Under the pieces are notes generated by a model. That model worked only from the letters and a program-made list of their open reading frames with translations. It made no database searches and was not told the origin of the DNA. Below, one piece after another: positions 1-10,723 of a DNA stretch of 64,000 nucleotides. The stretch is from contig JAGHVK010000003.1 of assembly GCA_018064345.1 (NCBI GenBank), positions 5,189 to 69,188 on the forward strand, read 5' to 3'. Position numbers and translations under genes: made by a program. Each line of letters begins with the position of its first letter. Position 1 is the first letter of the stretch. This DNA is from Candidatus Cacconaster merdequi. GTDB lineage: Bacteria > Bacteroidota > Bacteroidia > Bacteroidales > UBA932.

Positions 1-725
1 CGCTCAATTTTTACAACGCAATCGCGAATGACGGGGTGATGGTAAGGCCGCACCTGATAAGGAACATACAGCAGAAGGGCGAGATTCTTGAGGAGTTCGG
101 CACGGACACCCTCGGCATAGTATGCAGAAGTGAGACCGCCGCGAAGGTCAGGGAAGCTATGCGATGCGTAGTGTCGGAGGAAGGAGCCACGGGCTACACT
201 CTTTTCAAAGATTGCCCTGTCGCCGTAGCCGGCAAGACCGGCACCGCAAGGGTTGTCATTCCTTCAATCGGAAGATACGAAACCGCAAACGGGTACAAGA
301 TGCACCAGGCAACCTTCGCAGGCTTTTTCCCTTACGAAAAACCACGCTATTCGATGATAGTTGTGGTTTATTCCGCACTCACACAAAAGAATTACTACGG
401 AGCCACCTGGGCCGGACCGGCATTCAGGGAAATTGTAGAGAAGATATACGCTTCATCGGCTGACTGGAACGAGCCTATGACCTGCAAGAGCCCGCTTCCT
501 GTGGCGGAAGACAACAGGACTCTTGACATAAAGGACGCTCAGAAGAAGGGCATCGTCCCGAATATGAAAGGCTACGGGCTGAAGAATGCCGTGGCAGGAC
601 TGGAGGAGGCCGGATACGAAGTGACTTTCGAAGGCCGCGGAAAGGTTATAGAACAGATACCCGCAGCGGGTGACACCGTAAAGGAGAAGAAAATAAAATT
701 GATATTGGGCAACAGTACGATATGA
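1..725 (+). CDS. ftsI: Penicillin-binding protein 3 / FtsI, C-terminal part (5' end outside window)
   Basis: The frame is open from the window edge (LNFYNAIANDGVMVRPHLI precedes track ORF 36..725). It has the transpeptidase KTG box (VAGKTGTARV) and a PASTA-like C-terminal tail. It lies directly upstream of murE, as in dcw clusters. Confidence 0.88.
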   Translation, partial: LNFYNAIANDGVMVRPHLIRNIQQKGEILEEFGTDTLGIVCRSETAAKVREAMRCVVSEEGATGYTLFKDCPVAVAGKTGTARVVIPSIGRYETANGYKMHQATFAGFFPYEKPRYSMIVVVYSALTQKNYYGATWAGPAFREIVEKIYASSADWNEPMTCKSPLPVAEDNRTLDIKDAQKKGIVPNMKGYGLKNAVAGLEEAGYEVTFEGRGKVIEQIPAAGDTVKEKKIKLILGNSTI

Positions 726-2194
726 CTTTAACCGAATTGTTGAAAGACGTCAGTGTGGTTTCCGCCACCGGAAACTGTGACGTCAATGTCAGTAGCGTTA
801 CTTTCGATTCTCGGGAGTGCAGCGGAGGGTCTCTCTTCATAGCAGTCAGCGGTACGGAAGCGGACGGCCACCGTTTCATAGGCAAGGCTGTCGAAGCGGG
901 AGCAGTGGCCGTGGTATATCAGAACGGCGAATGCGAAGACGACGGTAAGGCCGTGTACGTCAAGGTAGATGACAGCAGAAAGGCTCTTGCAACTATTGCC
1001 GGCAATTTCTACGGACATCCTTCCAGGGAGCTGAATCTTGTCGGAATCACCGGGACGAACGGCAAGACAACGACTGTCACCCTTCTGTACAATCTTTTCA
1101 AGTCACTTGGATACTGCTGTGGATTGATATCCACCATAGCCAACTATATCGACGGCAGAAGGCTGAACACCGAGCATACCACTCCCGACCCTCTTGAGCT
1201 CAATTCCCTGCTGCGGCAGATGGTGGACTGCGGCTGCGAATACTGCTTCATGGAGGTCAGTTCACACTCGATTGACCAGGATAGAATCGGTGCATTGAAA
1301 TTCAAGGTTGCAATTTTCTCCAACCTCACTCACGACCATCTGGACTACCACAAGACATTCGCCGCATACCGCGACTGCAAAAAGAGATTCTTCGACAATC
1401 TTGAGCCGGATTCCTATGCTCTTACCAATACAGACGACCGTAACGGGGAGGTCATGGTCCAGAACACGAAAGCCATTGTAAGGAGCTATGCCTGCCGCAC
1501 AATGGCTGACTTCAAGTGCAGGATAATAGAACAGAGCATGGACGGAATGCTGGTGAATATGGACGGAACACAGATGTGGAGCCGTTTCATCGGTGCGCAT
1601 AATGCATACAACCTGCTTGCGGTGTTTGCCACGGCAATGCTGCTGGGGGCTCAGCGGGAAGAGGTTCTCGTAAAGATGAGCGCACTGACTCCCGTGTCGG
1701 GCCGTCTGGAATATGTAAAGGGAGGCAAGGACATCACCGCCGTAGTGGATTATTCGCACACTCCCGATGCTCTTGAGAACGCTCTCAAGACCTTGAGGGC
1801 AGCTGCCTGCGACAGGCAGCTGATATGCGTATTCGGATGCGGCGGCAACCGTGACAAGAGCAAGCGTCCGGAGATGGGGGCAATTGCGGCACGCCTGTCC
1901 GACAAGGTGATAGTCACTTCCGACAACCCGCGCAAAGAAGACCCTCAGACCATCATCGAAGAGATCCGCGCAGGTATGGACATACCGGCAAGGGCGAAGT
2001 CGCTCTTCATTGCTGACCGCAGGGAAGCCATCCGGACTGCGGTGATGACGGCACAGGAGGGTGCTGTCATTCTGGTGGCAGGTAAAGGACACGAAGACTA
2101 TCAGGTGATAGGAGAAGTCAAATATCATTTCGATGACAAGGAGGTCATCGCTGAATCTTTCAAGGAATTGGAATATGTTGTACCATCTGTTTGA
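722..2194 (+). CDS. murE: UDP-MurNAc-L-Ala-D-Glu:meso-diaminopimelate ligase
   Basis: 490 aa with the Mur ligase P-loop [11 protein letters not shown] and the DNPR motif ([10 protein letters not shown]) typical of DAP-adding MurE. ATGA overlap with ftsI. Confidence 0.95.
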   Translation: MTLTELLKDVSVVSATGNCDVNVSSVTFDSRECSGGSLFIAVSGTEADGHRFIGKAVEAGAVAVVYQNGECEDDGKAVYVKVDDSRKALATIAGNFYGHPSRELNLVGITGTNGKTTTVTLLYNLFKSLGYCCGLISTIANYIDGRRLNTEHTTPDPLELNSLLRQMVDCGCEYCFMEVSSHSIDQDRIGALKFKVAIFSNLTHDHLDYHKTFAAYRDCKKRFFDNLEPDSYALTNTDDRNGEVMVQNTKAIVRSYACRTMADFKCRIIEQSMDGMLVNMDGTQMWSRFIGAHNAYNLLAVFATAMLLGAQREEVLVKMSALTPVSGRLEYVKGGKDITAVVDYSHTPDALENALKTLRAAACDRQLICVFGCGGNRDKSKRPEMGAIAARLSDKVIVTSDNPRKEDPQTIIEEIRAGMDIPARAKSLFIADRREAIRTAVMTAQEGAVILVAGKGHEDYQVIGEVKYHFDDKEVIAESFKELEYVVPSV

Positions 2195-3368
2195 ATACCT
2201 TAAATCCTTAGGATACGATTTCCCGGGACTCGGCCTGATGAGGTATATCTCATTCAGGGCACTGTGCTGTAGTGTCGTAGCCATACTCACCTCTCTGTTC
2301 ATAGGCAACAGAATCATCAAATGGTTGCAGAAGAAACAGATCGGGGAGACAATCCGTGACCTCGGCCTGGAAGGACAGATGCAGAAGAAGGGAACCCCTA
2401 CTATGGGTGGTCTGATAATCCTGATATCCATTCTCGTTCCCGTGCTTCTATTCGGTAATCTTTCAAACGTGAACATTCAGCTTCTGCTGCTCACAACCGT
2501 GTGGCTCGGTGCGCTCGGCTTCCTCGACGACTACATCAAAGTGTTCAGGCACAACAAAGAAGGTCTTCCCGGAAAATACAAGATTGCAGCCCAGGTAGCC
2601 CTGGGAATAACAGTAGGTCTCGTCCTGTACTTCACATACAGCGGTTCCGAAATGAGCTACAGCCAGACCACGATTCCTTTCGTGAAGAACAACGAATTCG
2701 ACTACAAATGGCTCATTCCATTCAACGGACCTGTTGTCAGGGCGTTGCAGGGAGGCCTTTATGTGCTTGTCATAACTTTCATAATCACCGCCTGCTCGAA
2801 CGGAACAAACCTGACGGACGGTATGGACGGGCTTGCAACAGGTACGTCAGCAATTGTGGGAGCCACACTCGGCCTTCTTGCATACGTTTCGGGACACGCG
2901 GTATTCGCTGATTACCTCAACATCATGTTCCTGCCTGATGCCGGAGAGATAACTGTCTATGCCACTGCCTTCGTAGGAGCATTGCTCGGATTCCTCTGGT
3001 ACAATGCCTTCCCTGCCCAGGTATTCATGGGAGACACGGGAAGCCTTGCTCTTGGAGGAATCATAGGCGTGACGGCAATCCTCATCAGAAAGGAACTCCT
3101 GCTTCCGATTCTTTGCGGAATCTTCCTTGTGGAGAGCATATCTGTGATATTGCAAACATCTTACTTCAAATATACCAGAAAGAAGAAAGGCGAAGGGGTG
3201 AGACTTTTCAGGATGGCTCCCCTGCACCATCACTTCCAGAAAGAGAACCCTGACGCGGTTATGCAATATCCGGGCAGGATACATCCTGAAAACAAGATTA
3301 CCGTAAGATTCTGGATAATATCCATAATACTCGCGGCATTGACATTGGCAACATTGAAAATCAGATAA
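2175..3368 (+). CDS. mraY: Phospho-N-acetylmuramoyl-pentapeptide transferase
   Basis: Polytopic membrane protein with [10 protein letters not shown] and [12 protein letters not shown] motifs. Start moved from the track start (2133) to ATG 2175 (MLYHLFEYL...). Confidence 0.94.
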   Translation: MLYHLFEYLKSLGYDFPGLGLMRYISFRALCCSVVAILTSLFIGNRIIKWLQKKQIGETIRDLGLEGQMQKKGTPTMGGLIILISILVPVLLFGNLSNVNIQLLLLTTVWLGALGFLDDYIKVFRHNKEGLPGKYKIAAQVALGITVGLVLYFTYSGSEMSYSQTTIPFVKNNEFDYKWLIPFNGPVVRALQGGLYVLVITFIITACSNGTNLTDGMDGLATGTSAIVGATLGLLAYVSGHAVFADYLNIMFLPDAGEITVYATAFVGALLGFLWYNAFPAQVFMGDTGSLALGGIIGVTAILIRKELLLPILCGIFLVESISVILQTSYFKYTRKKKGEGVRLFRMAPLHHHFQKENPDAVMQYPGRIHPENKITVRFWIISIILAALTLATLKIR

Positions 3369-4699
3369 TGATGAAAAGAGTCGTAGTACTTGGTGGCGGA
3401 GAGAGCGGCGTAGGAGCAGCCGTTCTTGCAAAAGTCAAGGAGTTTGACGTGTTCCTTTCCGACAGCGGCACGCTCAAGGACAACTACAAGAGTGAGCTGT
3501 CGAAGTGGGGCATCCCATACGAAGAGGGAGGCCATACTAAAGAAAAAGTCCTCAACGCCGATATCGTGATAAAGAGTCCCGGAATACCTGAGAACGCTCC
3601 TTTGGTAGAAGCCTTGTACGCACAGGGGACATCAGTCATTTCCGAGATAGAGTTTGCCGGATGGTTCGACACTGCCAAGAAAATCTGTATCACAGGCAGC
3701 AACGGGAAGACCACCACGACATCCCTGATATACTATCTGCTCCAGAACGCCGGACTGAACGTCGGACTCGGCGGCAATATCGGCAGGAGCTACGCTTATC
3801 AGGTCGCGACAGAGAATCACGACATATATGTACTGGAACTCAGCAGTTTCCAACTGGACGGAATGTACGATTTCAAAGCAGACATAGCCGTTCTGCTTAA
3901 CATCACACCTGACCATCTAGACCGGTACGACCACAAGATGCAGAACTACATCAATGCCAAATTCCGAATAACCCGGAACATGAAGGAGGAGGACTGCTTC
4001 ATATTCTGCTCTGACGACCAGATCACTATGGGTGAACTCAACAGGATAGTGGTTCAGGCCAAGAAACTTCCATTCAGCCAGAATGCACCTGTTGAAGAAG
4101 GAGCATTCGTGGAAGATGGCAGGATGAAGGTGCAATACAACGGCAACAACTTTGAGATGATGGTGAATGAACTCTCTCTGGAAGGGCGCCACAATGTTTA
4201 CAACTCGATGGTAGCGGCCATCACCGGAAAGATAATGAACATCACCAACGAAACGATACGCAAGGCTCTCTCTTCTTTCAAGGGCGTAGAGCATCGTCTG
4301 GAGAAGGTTCTTTCCGTCGGAGGTGTGCTCTACATCAACGACTCCAAGGCAACGAACGTCAATTCCACCTGGTATGCGCTTGAGAGCATGACCGCACCTA
4401 CGATTCTGATACTCGGCGGGAAGGACAAGGGAAATGATTACTCCGAAATTGCCGGACTCGTGGAAAGCAAGGTCAAGGCGATTGTCTGCCTCGGAGTGGA
4501 CAATGCAAAGATTCACAGTGCATTCGGTGACAAGGTTGTGGCGGATACACTAAGTGCGGAAGAGTGTGTCAGAAAGTGCGCCCAACTGGCTGAGCCGGGA
4601 GATACGGTGCTTCTGAGCCCTTGCTGTGCAAGTTTTGACCTGTTCAAGAGTTATGAAGACCGCGGCCGGCAGTTCAAGGAGGCGGTGAGAAACCTGTAA
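3368..4699 (+). CDS. murD: UDP-MurNAc-L-alanine:D-glutamate ligase
   Basis: 443 aa with P-loop GSNGKTTT and the NDSKATN motif. Its start overlaps the mraY stop by 1 nt (TAATG). Confidence 0.95.
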   Translation: MMKRVVVLGGGESGVGAAVLAKVKEFDVFLSDSGTLKDNYKSELSKWGIPYEEGGHTKEKVLNADIVIKSPGIPENAPLVEALYAQGTSVISEIEFAGWFDTAKKICITGSNGKTTTTSLIYYLLQNAGLNVGLGGNIGRSYAYQVATENHDIYVLELSSFQLDGMYDFKADIAVLLNITPDHLDRYDHKMQNYINAKFRITRNMKEEDCFIFCSDDQITMGELNRIVVQAKKLPFSQNAPVEEGAFVEDGRMKVQYNGNNFEMMVNELSLEGRHNVYNSMVAAITGKIMNITNETIRKALSSFKGVEHRLEKVLSVGGVLYINDSKATNVNSTWYALESMTAPTILILGGKDKGNDYSEIAGLVESKVKAIVCLGVDNAKIHSAFGDKVVADTLSAEECVRKCAQLAEPGDTVLLSPCCASFDLFKSYEDRGRQFKEAVRNL

Positions 4700-4726
4700 C
4701 AAATCTGTACGGAAGGAGATAGTGAT

Positions 4727-6031
4727 ATGAAACTTGCCTGGAAGTTGAGAGGAGACAAAGTCATTTGGATCATCGTGGTTCTGCTCGCGATGGTATCCGT
4801 CCTCGCCGTATTCTCTTCCAGCACTTATCTTGCAAACACACGTCACGTCCACAAGACCGTGATATTCCTGGAGCAGACAAGGTCCGTCCTGTTTGGATTC
4901 CTTGCACTTGCAATATGTTACATAATTCCGCTCAGCATCTACAGGAATTTGTCGTTCGTGGCCTATGGAGCGGCTGTCGCAATGCTTGTGATGCTTTTCA
5001 TTCCCGGGTTTGCCGAAATCAAGAATGAGGCTGTCCGAGGGCTGAAGGTAGGCGGCATAACTTTTCAAGTATTTGAGTTCGTTAAAGTTGCCATTGTCCT
5101 GTACATAGCGAGAGCTATGGAGAAGTGGGAGGATTGCCGCCACAGCTTCAAACAGTTCGCCCTGAAGCTCCTGCTGCCGATAGCAGTCATCTGCATCCTT
5201 ATCCTGCCAAACAGTTTCTCTTCCACGTTCCTTGTCGGAGGAATATCATTCCTGGTGCTGATATTCATGGATACGGATTGGAAGAATATACTCTTGACAG
5301 CCTTGATAGCCTTGGTATTGGCCGGTGCCGCCTTCGGAATCTACGACAATTTCGTAAAGGGCAAGCCAAAGGAAGAACTCAACAAGGTTGAAAAGATATT
5401 CAACCGTTTCGGAGTCTTCGAGAACAGAATCGAAGAGTGGAAGGCTGCAAGGAAGGCAAAGGAGGCCGCAAAATCCGGCATTGCGGTTGCGGAGAGCAAT
5501 GAGACTTTGAAAGTAAAAATTGAGGAAGACCTTCAAAGCAAGAATGCGAAGGTTGCCATATCACAGGGTGGTCTGTTCGGGAAAGGTCCGGGCAAGAGCA
5601 CACAAAGATTCTCACTCTCGATGGCATTCTCCGATTTCATATACGCGTTCATCGTGGAGGAATACGGGCTGCTGCTCGGAGGCATAGGAGTACTGCTGCT
5701 CTACCTGATCTTTCAATTCAGGTGTATCAGGCTGTGTACCAGATGTTCCCAGACTTTCTCAAGCGCAGTTGTGGTTGGACTTTCGTTCCTGATAACCTGT
5801 CAGGCTTTCCTTCACATCCTCGTGAACGTCAGACTGCTGCCGGTTACCGGTCAGACACTGCCGCTTGTGAGCCACGGAGGAACGGCTTACCTGATATTGA
5901 GCGGGGCTTTCGGAATAATTCTTTCGGTAAGCAAACAATTGGAGAAACAAAGGGAGAGAGATGAGGCGAAGGACAAGGAAATAGAATCAGCACAAAATAT
6001 CATCAATGGAAAGGATACGTTTGATAATTAG
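4727..6031 (+). CDS. ftsW: SEDS-family peptidoglycan polymerase FtsW
   Basis: Multi-TM protein with GGLFGKGPGKS and LPLVSHGGTAYL motifs. It sits between murD and murG. Confidence 0.9.
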   Translation: MKLAWKLRGDKVIWIIVVLLAMVSVLAVFSSSTYLANTRHVHKTVIFLEQTRSVLFGFLALAICYIIPLSIYRNLSFVAYGAAVAMLVMLFIPGFAEIKNEAVRGLKVGGITFQVFEFVKVAIVLYIARAMEKWEDCRHSFKQFALKLLLPIAVICILILPNSFSSTFLVGGISFLVLIFMDTDWKNILLTALIALVLAGAAFGIYDNFVKGKPKEELNKVEKIFNRFGVFENRIEEWKAARKAKEAAKSGIAVAESNETLKVKIEEDLQSKNAKVAISQGGLFGKGPGKSTQRFSLSMAFSDFIYAFIVEEYGLLLGGIGVLLLYLIFQFRCIRLCTRCSQTFSSAVVVGLSFLITCQAFLHILVNVRLLPVTGQTLPLVSHGGTAYLILSGAFGIILSVSKQLEKQRERDEAKDKEIESAQNIINGKDTFDN

Positions 6032-7112
6032 CGGGGGCGGCACGGGGGGACATATCTTCCCTGCCATTTCAATTGCGAACGCAATCAAGGAGTTACGTCC
6101 TGACGCAGATATACTCTTCGTGGGCGCACAAGGGAAGATGGAGATGGAGAAGGTTCCCGCTGCAGGATACAGGATAATCGGACTGCCGGTTGCCGGCCTT
6201 CAGAGGAAACTTTCGGCAAAGAATTTCCTTCTTCCTTTCAAGGTTATCGGAAGCCTTTGCAAGGCACGCAGGATAATAAAGGAATTCAAGCCTCAGGTGG
6301 CGGTGGGTGTCGGCGGTTATGCCAGCGCACCTCTGCTGTGGAGTGCTTCAAGAAGAGGCATTCCGTGCGTGATACAGGAACAGAACTCATTCGCCGGGCT
6401 TACAAACAGGATACTGGCAAAGAGAGCGCGTCGTATCTGTACGGCATACGAAGGTATGGAGAAGTTCTTCCCTGCCGACAAGATTCTGCTTACGGGCAAT
6501 CCTATCAGGAAAGAGATAGACCGTGTGACTCTTCAGCAGAAAGAGGAGGGGTACGCTTACTACGGGCTTGATCCGAAGAAGAAGACAGTGTTCATCGTAG
6601 GCGGCAGTCTCGGCTGCGGGACTCTCAACCGGACGATGCGCAAGTGGGTTGAAGAAGGAGGTTCTGAAAAGGATTACCAGGTAATCTGGCAGTGCGGCAG
6701 GTTCTACAAAGCCTCCACCGATGCCTTCCTCTCCGGAAAGAATATCCCTAACCTTGTCTGCACGGATTTCATACAGAGGATTGACCTTGCTTACGCTGTA
6801 GCTGACGTTATCGTGTCACGGGCAGGTGCAGGAACGATTTCCGAACTGTGTGTGGCCGGGAAAGCCACCATCTTCGTTCCGTCTCCGAACGTTGCAGAAG
6901 ACCATCAGACTCACAACGCAATGGCGCTCGTGAACAAGGGTGCGGCAAGAATCGTCAGGGATGACCGTGCGCAGGAGAGTCTCATCGGTGAAATGGAAAG
7001 CCTGCTCGCTGACCCTCAGGCCATCCTTTCCCTTGAATCGAACATACTTGAACTCGGAAGGAAGGATGCCGCGCTCAGGATTGCACAGGAAGTCCTTTCT
7101 CAAATTGAATGA
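6006..7112 (+). CDS. murG: UDP-GlcNAc:lipid I GlcNAc transferase
   Basis: N-terminal SGGGTGGHIFPA loop and C-terminal SRAGAGTISEL motif; 368 aa. Confidence 0.95.
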   Translation: MERIRLIISGGGTGGHIFPAISIANAIKELRPDADILFVGAQGKMEMEKVPAAGYRIIGLPVAGLQRKLSAKNFLLPFKVIGSLCKARRIIKEFKPQVAVGVGGYASAPLLWSASRRGIPCVIQEQNSFAGLTNRILAKRARRICTAYEGMEKFFPADKILLTGNPIRKEIDRVTLQQKEEGYAYYGLDPKKKTVFIVGGSLGCGTLNRTMRKWVEEGGSEKDYQVIWQCGRFYKASTDAFLSGKNIPNLVCTDFIQRIDLAYAVADVIVSRAGAGTISELCVAGKATIFVPSPNVAEDHQTHNAMALVNKGAARIVRDDRAQESLIGEMESLLADPQAILSLESNILELGRKDAALRIAQEVLSQIE

Positions 7113-8473
7113 TTATGGAATATACCGACTATTACTTCATAGGAATCGGCGGCATCGGAATGAGCGCCATCGCAAGATATTTCAAGCACCAGGGCAGGAA
7201 TGTGTCGGGCTATGACCGCACTCTATCCCCTCTCACAAGACAGTTGGAGAGCGAAGGCATCGCCATTCACTACGAGAACGACATCACCGCGATTCCCCGG
7301 GACATTGACAAGACTTTCGTGATATACACTCCTGCAATACCGTCAGACTTCGGTGAACTGGAATATGTCCGCGAAAAAGGATATGCACTGGTGAAACGCT
7401 CGAAGGCTCTTGGTGAAATTTCCAACGGCCAGAAGTGTCTTGCAATTTCAGGCACGCACGGAAAGACGACCACAAGCACTCTCCTCGCCCATATCCTTAC
7501 GGCATCAGGTGAGGGTTGCAACGCATTTCTGGGCGGAATATCGAAGAACTACGGCACAAACCTGCTGCTCAGCAAAAACAAGGTGCTCGTGGCGGAGGCC
7601 GATGAATTCGACCGCTCTTTCCTCCAGCTCCACCCAAGCATAGCAGTCATAACGGCAACCGATGCCGACCATCTCGACATATATGAAAACCGGGAGAATA
7701 TGCTCGAAGCCTTCGGTACTTTCGCCTCACAGGTTGAGCCGTCAGGCACAATATTGATAAAGAAGGGGGTCGAAGTGCCGGAAAAGGACATCCGGGCACG
7801 CATAATGCGTTATTCCTACAATGAGCCGTGCGACTTCTATGCATCCGACATAAAGGCTGTCGCAGACGGATTGTTCGACTTCACACTGAACCATCCGTCA
7901 GGCGCGATACCTCACTGTACGTTAGGGATACCGGGATGGGTGAATGTTGAGAACGCAGTTGCAGCATCGGCAGTTGCATTGCTTCACGGAGTTGAGGAAG
8001 AGAAGGTCCGCCAGGCACTGGGCAGTTTCAGCGGAGTGAAGAGGCGTTTCGACATACATTTCAAGTCAGAGGAATGCGCGTACATAGATGATTACGCACA
8101 CCACCCCAACGAGATAAAGGCAGCAATCTCTTCCATCAGGAATATCTTCCCGGAGCGCAGGTTGTGCGGGATATTCCAGCCGCACCTCTACACCAGGACA
8201 AGGGACTTCGCTGATGACTTCGCTGAAGCACTCAGCGGCCTTGACTCTTTGATAATGCTGCCGATATACCCTGCCCGCGAAGAGCCTTTGCCAGGAGTTA
8301 CGGCATCGCTCATCTTCGATAAGGTAAGCATCGAGGACAAAATCCTTACGGACAAAGAGCATCTGATGGAAGTGCTCGCTGAGAAGGCGGAAGGCTGCAT
8401 CGTGACTCTTGGCGCCGGAGACATAGACAGATTCATAGACCCGATAGAGCAATGGTTAAGAGAACGTTATTGA
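7109..8473 (+). CDS. murC: UDP-N-acetylmuramate:L-alanine ligase
   Basis: GIGGIGMSAIA Rossmann start and P-loop GTHGKTTT. ATGA overlap with murG. Confidence 0.95.
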   Translation: MIMEYTDYYFIGIGGIGMSAIARYFKHQGRNVSGYDRTLSPLTRQLESEGIAIHYENDITAIPRDIDKTFVIYTPAIPSDFGELEYVREKGYALVKRSKALGEISNGQKCLAISGTHGKTTTSTLLAHILTASGEGCNAFLGGISKNYGTNLLLSKNKVLVAEADEFDRSFLQLHPSIAVITATDADHLDIYENRENMLEAFGTFASQVEPSGTILIKKGVEVPEKDIRARIMRYSYNEPCDFYASDIKAVADGLFDFTLNHPSGAIPHCTLGIPGWVNVENAVAASAVALLHGVEEEKVRQALGSFSGVKRRFDIHFKSEECAYIDDYAHHPNEIKAAISSIRNIFPERRLCGIFQPHLYTRTRDFADDFAEALSGLDSLIMLPIYPAREEPLPGVTASLIFDKVSIEDKILTDKEHLMEVLAEKAEGCIVTLGAGDIDRFIDPIEQWLRERY

Positions 8474-9225
8474 CGCTTACGGTATGCCTTGCGGCAACGG
8501 CCCTCTTCTGGGCCTACTTCCACTATGTCGGAGAGTTGAGCCTCACCGGCAGAAAGGGGTGCGTATGCAATGGCGTCAATATCATACTGACCGGTTCAGA
8601 ATCAGACCGGTCGGTGAATCTCAACGAGTTGGAAGGAATCCTGCGCAGCCGGGCCGTCGGCCGGAACACTGACAGCATCGACCTACTGTCGATAGAGATG
8701 GAGCTTCAGCAGATGGGGGAAGTGCTTGCGGCTGAAGCCTTCGCATCTTCTCCCGACAGCATTTCCGTGTGCATCACACAGCGGAAACCCGTTGTAAGGT
8801 TCGTGATGGAGGACGGCAGCTATTACAGCGACGAGAACTGTTTCCTCTTTCCGGCAAGGAATCCTGCAAGGATACCGGTGGTCACCGGAAAGATTCCTAT
8901 AAAACTTGAACCGGGATACAAAGGGCATCCTTCGTATGAATCATACATTTGGACAAAAAGAATGATTGGTCTCGCACAGTCCATAGAGAACGACAGTTTC
9001 CTGCGGAACAACATACAGCAGATTGACGTGGAAGGAAACGGCAGTCTGGTGATGTATCCTGACCTTGGAGACTGCCGCTTCATCTTCGGACAGTGTGAGG
9101 GTATCCCTGAAAAGTTGGAGAAGATCAAGGTTTACTACAAGGGTATCGCTCCTGTCAAGGATGCAGGATATTACAGGACAGTGGACATAGAATATAAGAA
9201 TCAGATAATATGCAGACAGAAATGA
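8452..9225 (+). CDS. ftsQ: Cell division protein FtsQ
   Basis: 257 aa with a single N-terminal TM (LLTLTVCLAATALFWAYF) followed by a soluble POTRA-like region. Conserved position between murC and ftsA. Confidence 0.8.
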   Translation: MVKRTLLTLTVCLAATALFWAYFHYVGELSLTGRKGCVCNGVNIILTGSESDRSVNLNELEGILRSRAVGRNTDSIDLLSIEMELQQMGEVLAAEAFASSPDSISVCITQRKPVVRFVMEDGSYYSDENCFLFPARNPARIPVVTGKIPIKLEPGYKGHPSYESYIWTKRMIGLAQSIENDSFLRNNIQQIDVEGNGSLVMYPDLGDCRFIFGQCEGIPEKLEKIKVYYKGIAPVKDAGYYRTVDIEYKNQIICRQK

Positions 9226-10718
9226 ACGAGTACGCAGCGGCACTGGACTTCGGCTCCTCCAAGATAGCACTGGCGGTAGGAGAGAAGTGTGAAAACGGCA
9301 TCCGGATCATCAGTTACAACGATGTCAGGACCGACGGGATTGACAAAGGAGAAATCGTCAAGGACAAACAGACCGTGGACGCCATCCGGGAACTTGTCAG
9401 GAAAGCCGAGGAGCAAACCGGAAAGCACATCGGCAAGGTATCCGTCAGCCTTTCAGGCAAGGCTCTTTTCAGTAAGACAGAGTTTAACAGCAGGATCAGG
9501 AGCAACCCGGACGAATACATTTCCACCGATGAACTCGCAGGAATGGCAGAAAGCCTATACAAGTCCAGGATGGACGAGGGTATGACCGTGTTCGAAGTGA
9601 TTCCTCAGAGTTATAATGTAGATGAGTACCAAGGACTTGACCACAAGGACCTTATCGGCAGGAAAGGAAGCACGGTCGAGGCCAGGTACAACCTTGTATA
9701 TGGCAAATCAAGCATTCTGGAACGCCGTAAGGCAATCCTTTCTGAATGTGGCCTTTCAATCGACAAGGCGATACTTGCTCCTGTCGCTGCCGCAAGAGCC
9801 GTGTTCAAGGGCCCGGAGAAGGAGAATGGTGCTGTCCTTGTTGATATGGGCAAGGGCACTACCGAAATTGCTGTAGTGAAGGACGATGTCGTAAGGATGG
9901 TAAGTTCCATCCCGTTCGCCGGAGAATCCATCACGAGGGACATCAAGACCGTCGCCAACGTCACTGCAAAATGGGCTGAGGAGGCCAAGGTCCTGCACGG
10001 ATGCAGTTGCGCTGATTTCACTCCGGAGAACAAGAAACTCATACTTCGCAACGCCGACGGTGTGAAGGAAGGCGAGATTGAACTGGCGCTTCTTTCGGAA
10101 ATCACAGAGGCACGCCTGAGCGAAATATTTGAGGCAATCAGATACTTGATTGACAATTCAGGATATGGAGATGCCCTGCCTTCCGGAATAGTGCTCACCG
10201 GAGGCACTGCATATATGGAATTCATACAGCAGCTCGGACAGGCGATTACCGGAAGGAGCATAAGGCTTGCTTCCCCGAGCGGTTCAATCACCAGCGACAG
10301 CGACGAAAAGGCATTTGATGCCTACTCTTCAGTGGCAGTGGGCCTTGTAATTGAAACCCTTTCACCGGAAATGTCCTATGCCATCAGCAATGCAACCGCA
10401 ACAGCACCTGTCAGACCTGTGTCACCTCGACCTGTCGGAGGCATCTTCGACAATAATGAAGGGGAGCCTCAGTGGGCGGAAGATGAAGAGATGCGGAAAG
10501 ACGAGCGCGCCAGAAAGGAAGAAGAAAAGAGGAGAAGGAAAGAGGAGGAAAAGAGGAGGAAAGAGGAAGAGAGAAAGAGAAAGGAAGAAGAGAAGAAGAG
10601 AAAGGAACAGGAAAGGAACAGTAACAACAATGACAATAAGAACGGAAAAGACGGCAAGGAAGGTGGCTTTTTCGGGTCACTTTTCGGAGATATATTTTCA
10701 GGAAACAACGAAGCATAA
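9210..10718 (+). CDS. ftsA: Cell division protein FtsA (actin-like ATPase) with a long E/R/K-repeat spacer and C-terminal amphipathic helix
   Basis: Actin-fold phosphate/adenosine motifs (LDFGSSKIALAVG, VDMGKGTTEIAVV, LTGGTAYM). Residues ~424-469 are almost only E/K/R. The tail GGFFGSLFGDIFSG resembles a membrane-targeting helix. Confidence 0.92.
   Translation: MQTEMNEYAAALDFGSSKIALAVGEKCENGIRIISYNDVRTDGIDKGEIVKDKQTVDAIRELVRKAEEQTGKHIGKVSVSLSGKALFSKTEFNSRIRSNPDEYISTDELAGMAESLYKSRMDEGMTVFEVIPQSYNVDEYQGLDHKDLIGRKGSTVEARYNLVYGKSSILERRKAILSECGLSIDKAILAPVAAARAVFKGPEKENGAVLVDMGKGTTEIAVVKDDVVRMVSSIPFAGESITRDIKTVANVTAKWAEEAKVLHGCSCADFTPENKKLILRNADGVKEGEIELALLSEITEARLSEIFEAIRYLIDNSGYGDALPSGIVLTGGTAYMEFIQQLGQAITGRSIRLASPSGSITSDSDEKAFDAYSSVAVGLVIETLSPEMSYAISNATATAPVRPVSPRPVGGIFDNNEGEPQWAEDEEMRKDERARKEEEKRRRKEEEKRRKEEERKRKEEEKKRKEQERNSNNNDNKNGKDGKEGGFFGSLFGDIFSGNNEA
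10512..10607 (+). repeat. Uninterrupted 96-nt homopurine (A/G only) tract with imperfect tandem units encoding (R)KEEEKRR repeats inside ftsA
   Basis: Read directly: every base from 10512 to 10607 on the + strand is A or G. It translates to RKEEEKRRRKEEEKRRKEEERKRKEEEKKRKE. Confidence 0.95.
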
Positions 10719-10723
10719 CTGAT

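Noticed and set aside
1262-2476. A 404-aa ORF antisense to murE/mraY. Similar long antisense ORFs occur at 40382..41425 (347 aa), 16516..17313 (265 aa), 15504..16211 (235 aa), 9611..10291 (226 aa) and 49162..49893 (243 aa).
   Set aside because: All lie opposite genes with strong family motifs. Their translations are Cys/His/Arg/Ser-rich with no recognisable motifs or domain organisation. They are typical shadow ORFs of the coding frame.
5340-5590. A charged ~30-70-aa insertion in the FtsW loop before the GGLFGKGPGKS motif, considered as an unusual domain.
   Set aside because: From memory, Bacteroidota FtsW proteins commonly carry a comparable insertion at this position. I cannot show it is unusual without an alignment.
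10351-10722. Alternative-frame ORFs across the ftsA homopurine tract (123 aa on +; 79 and 132 aa on -).
   Set aside because: These are low-complexity K/R-rich or S/L/F-rich translations produced by the purine repeat. The ftsA frame is continuous and ends in a canonical membrane-targeting helix.
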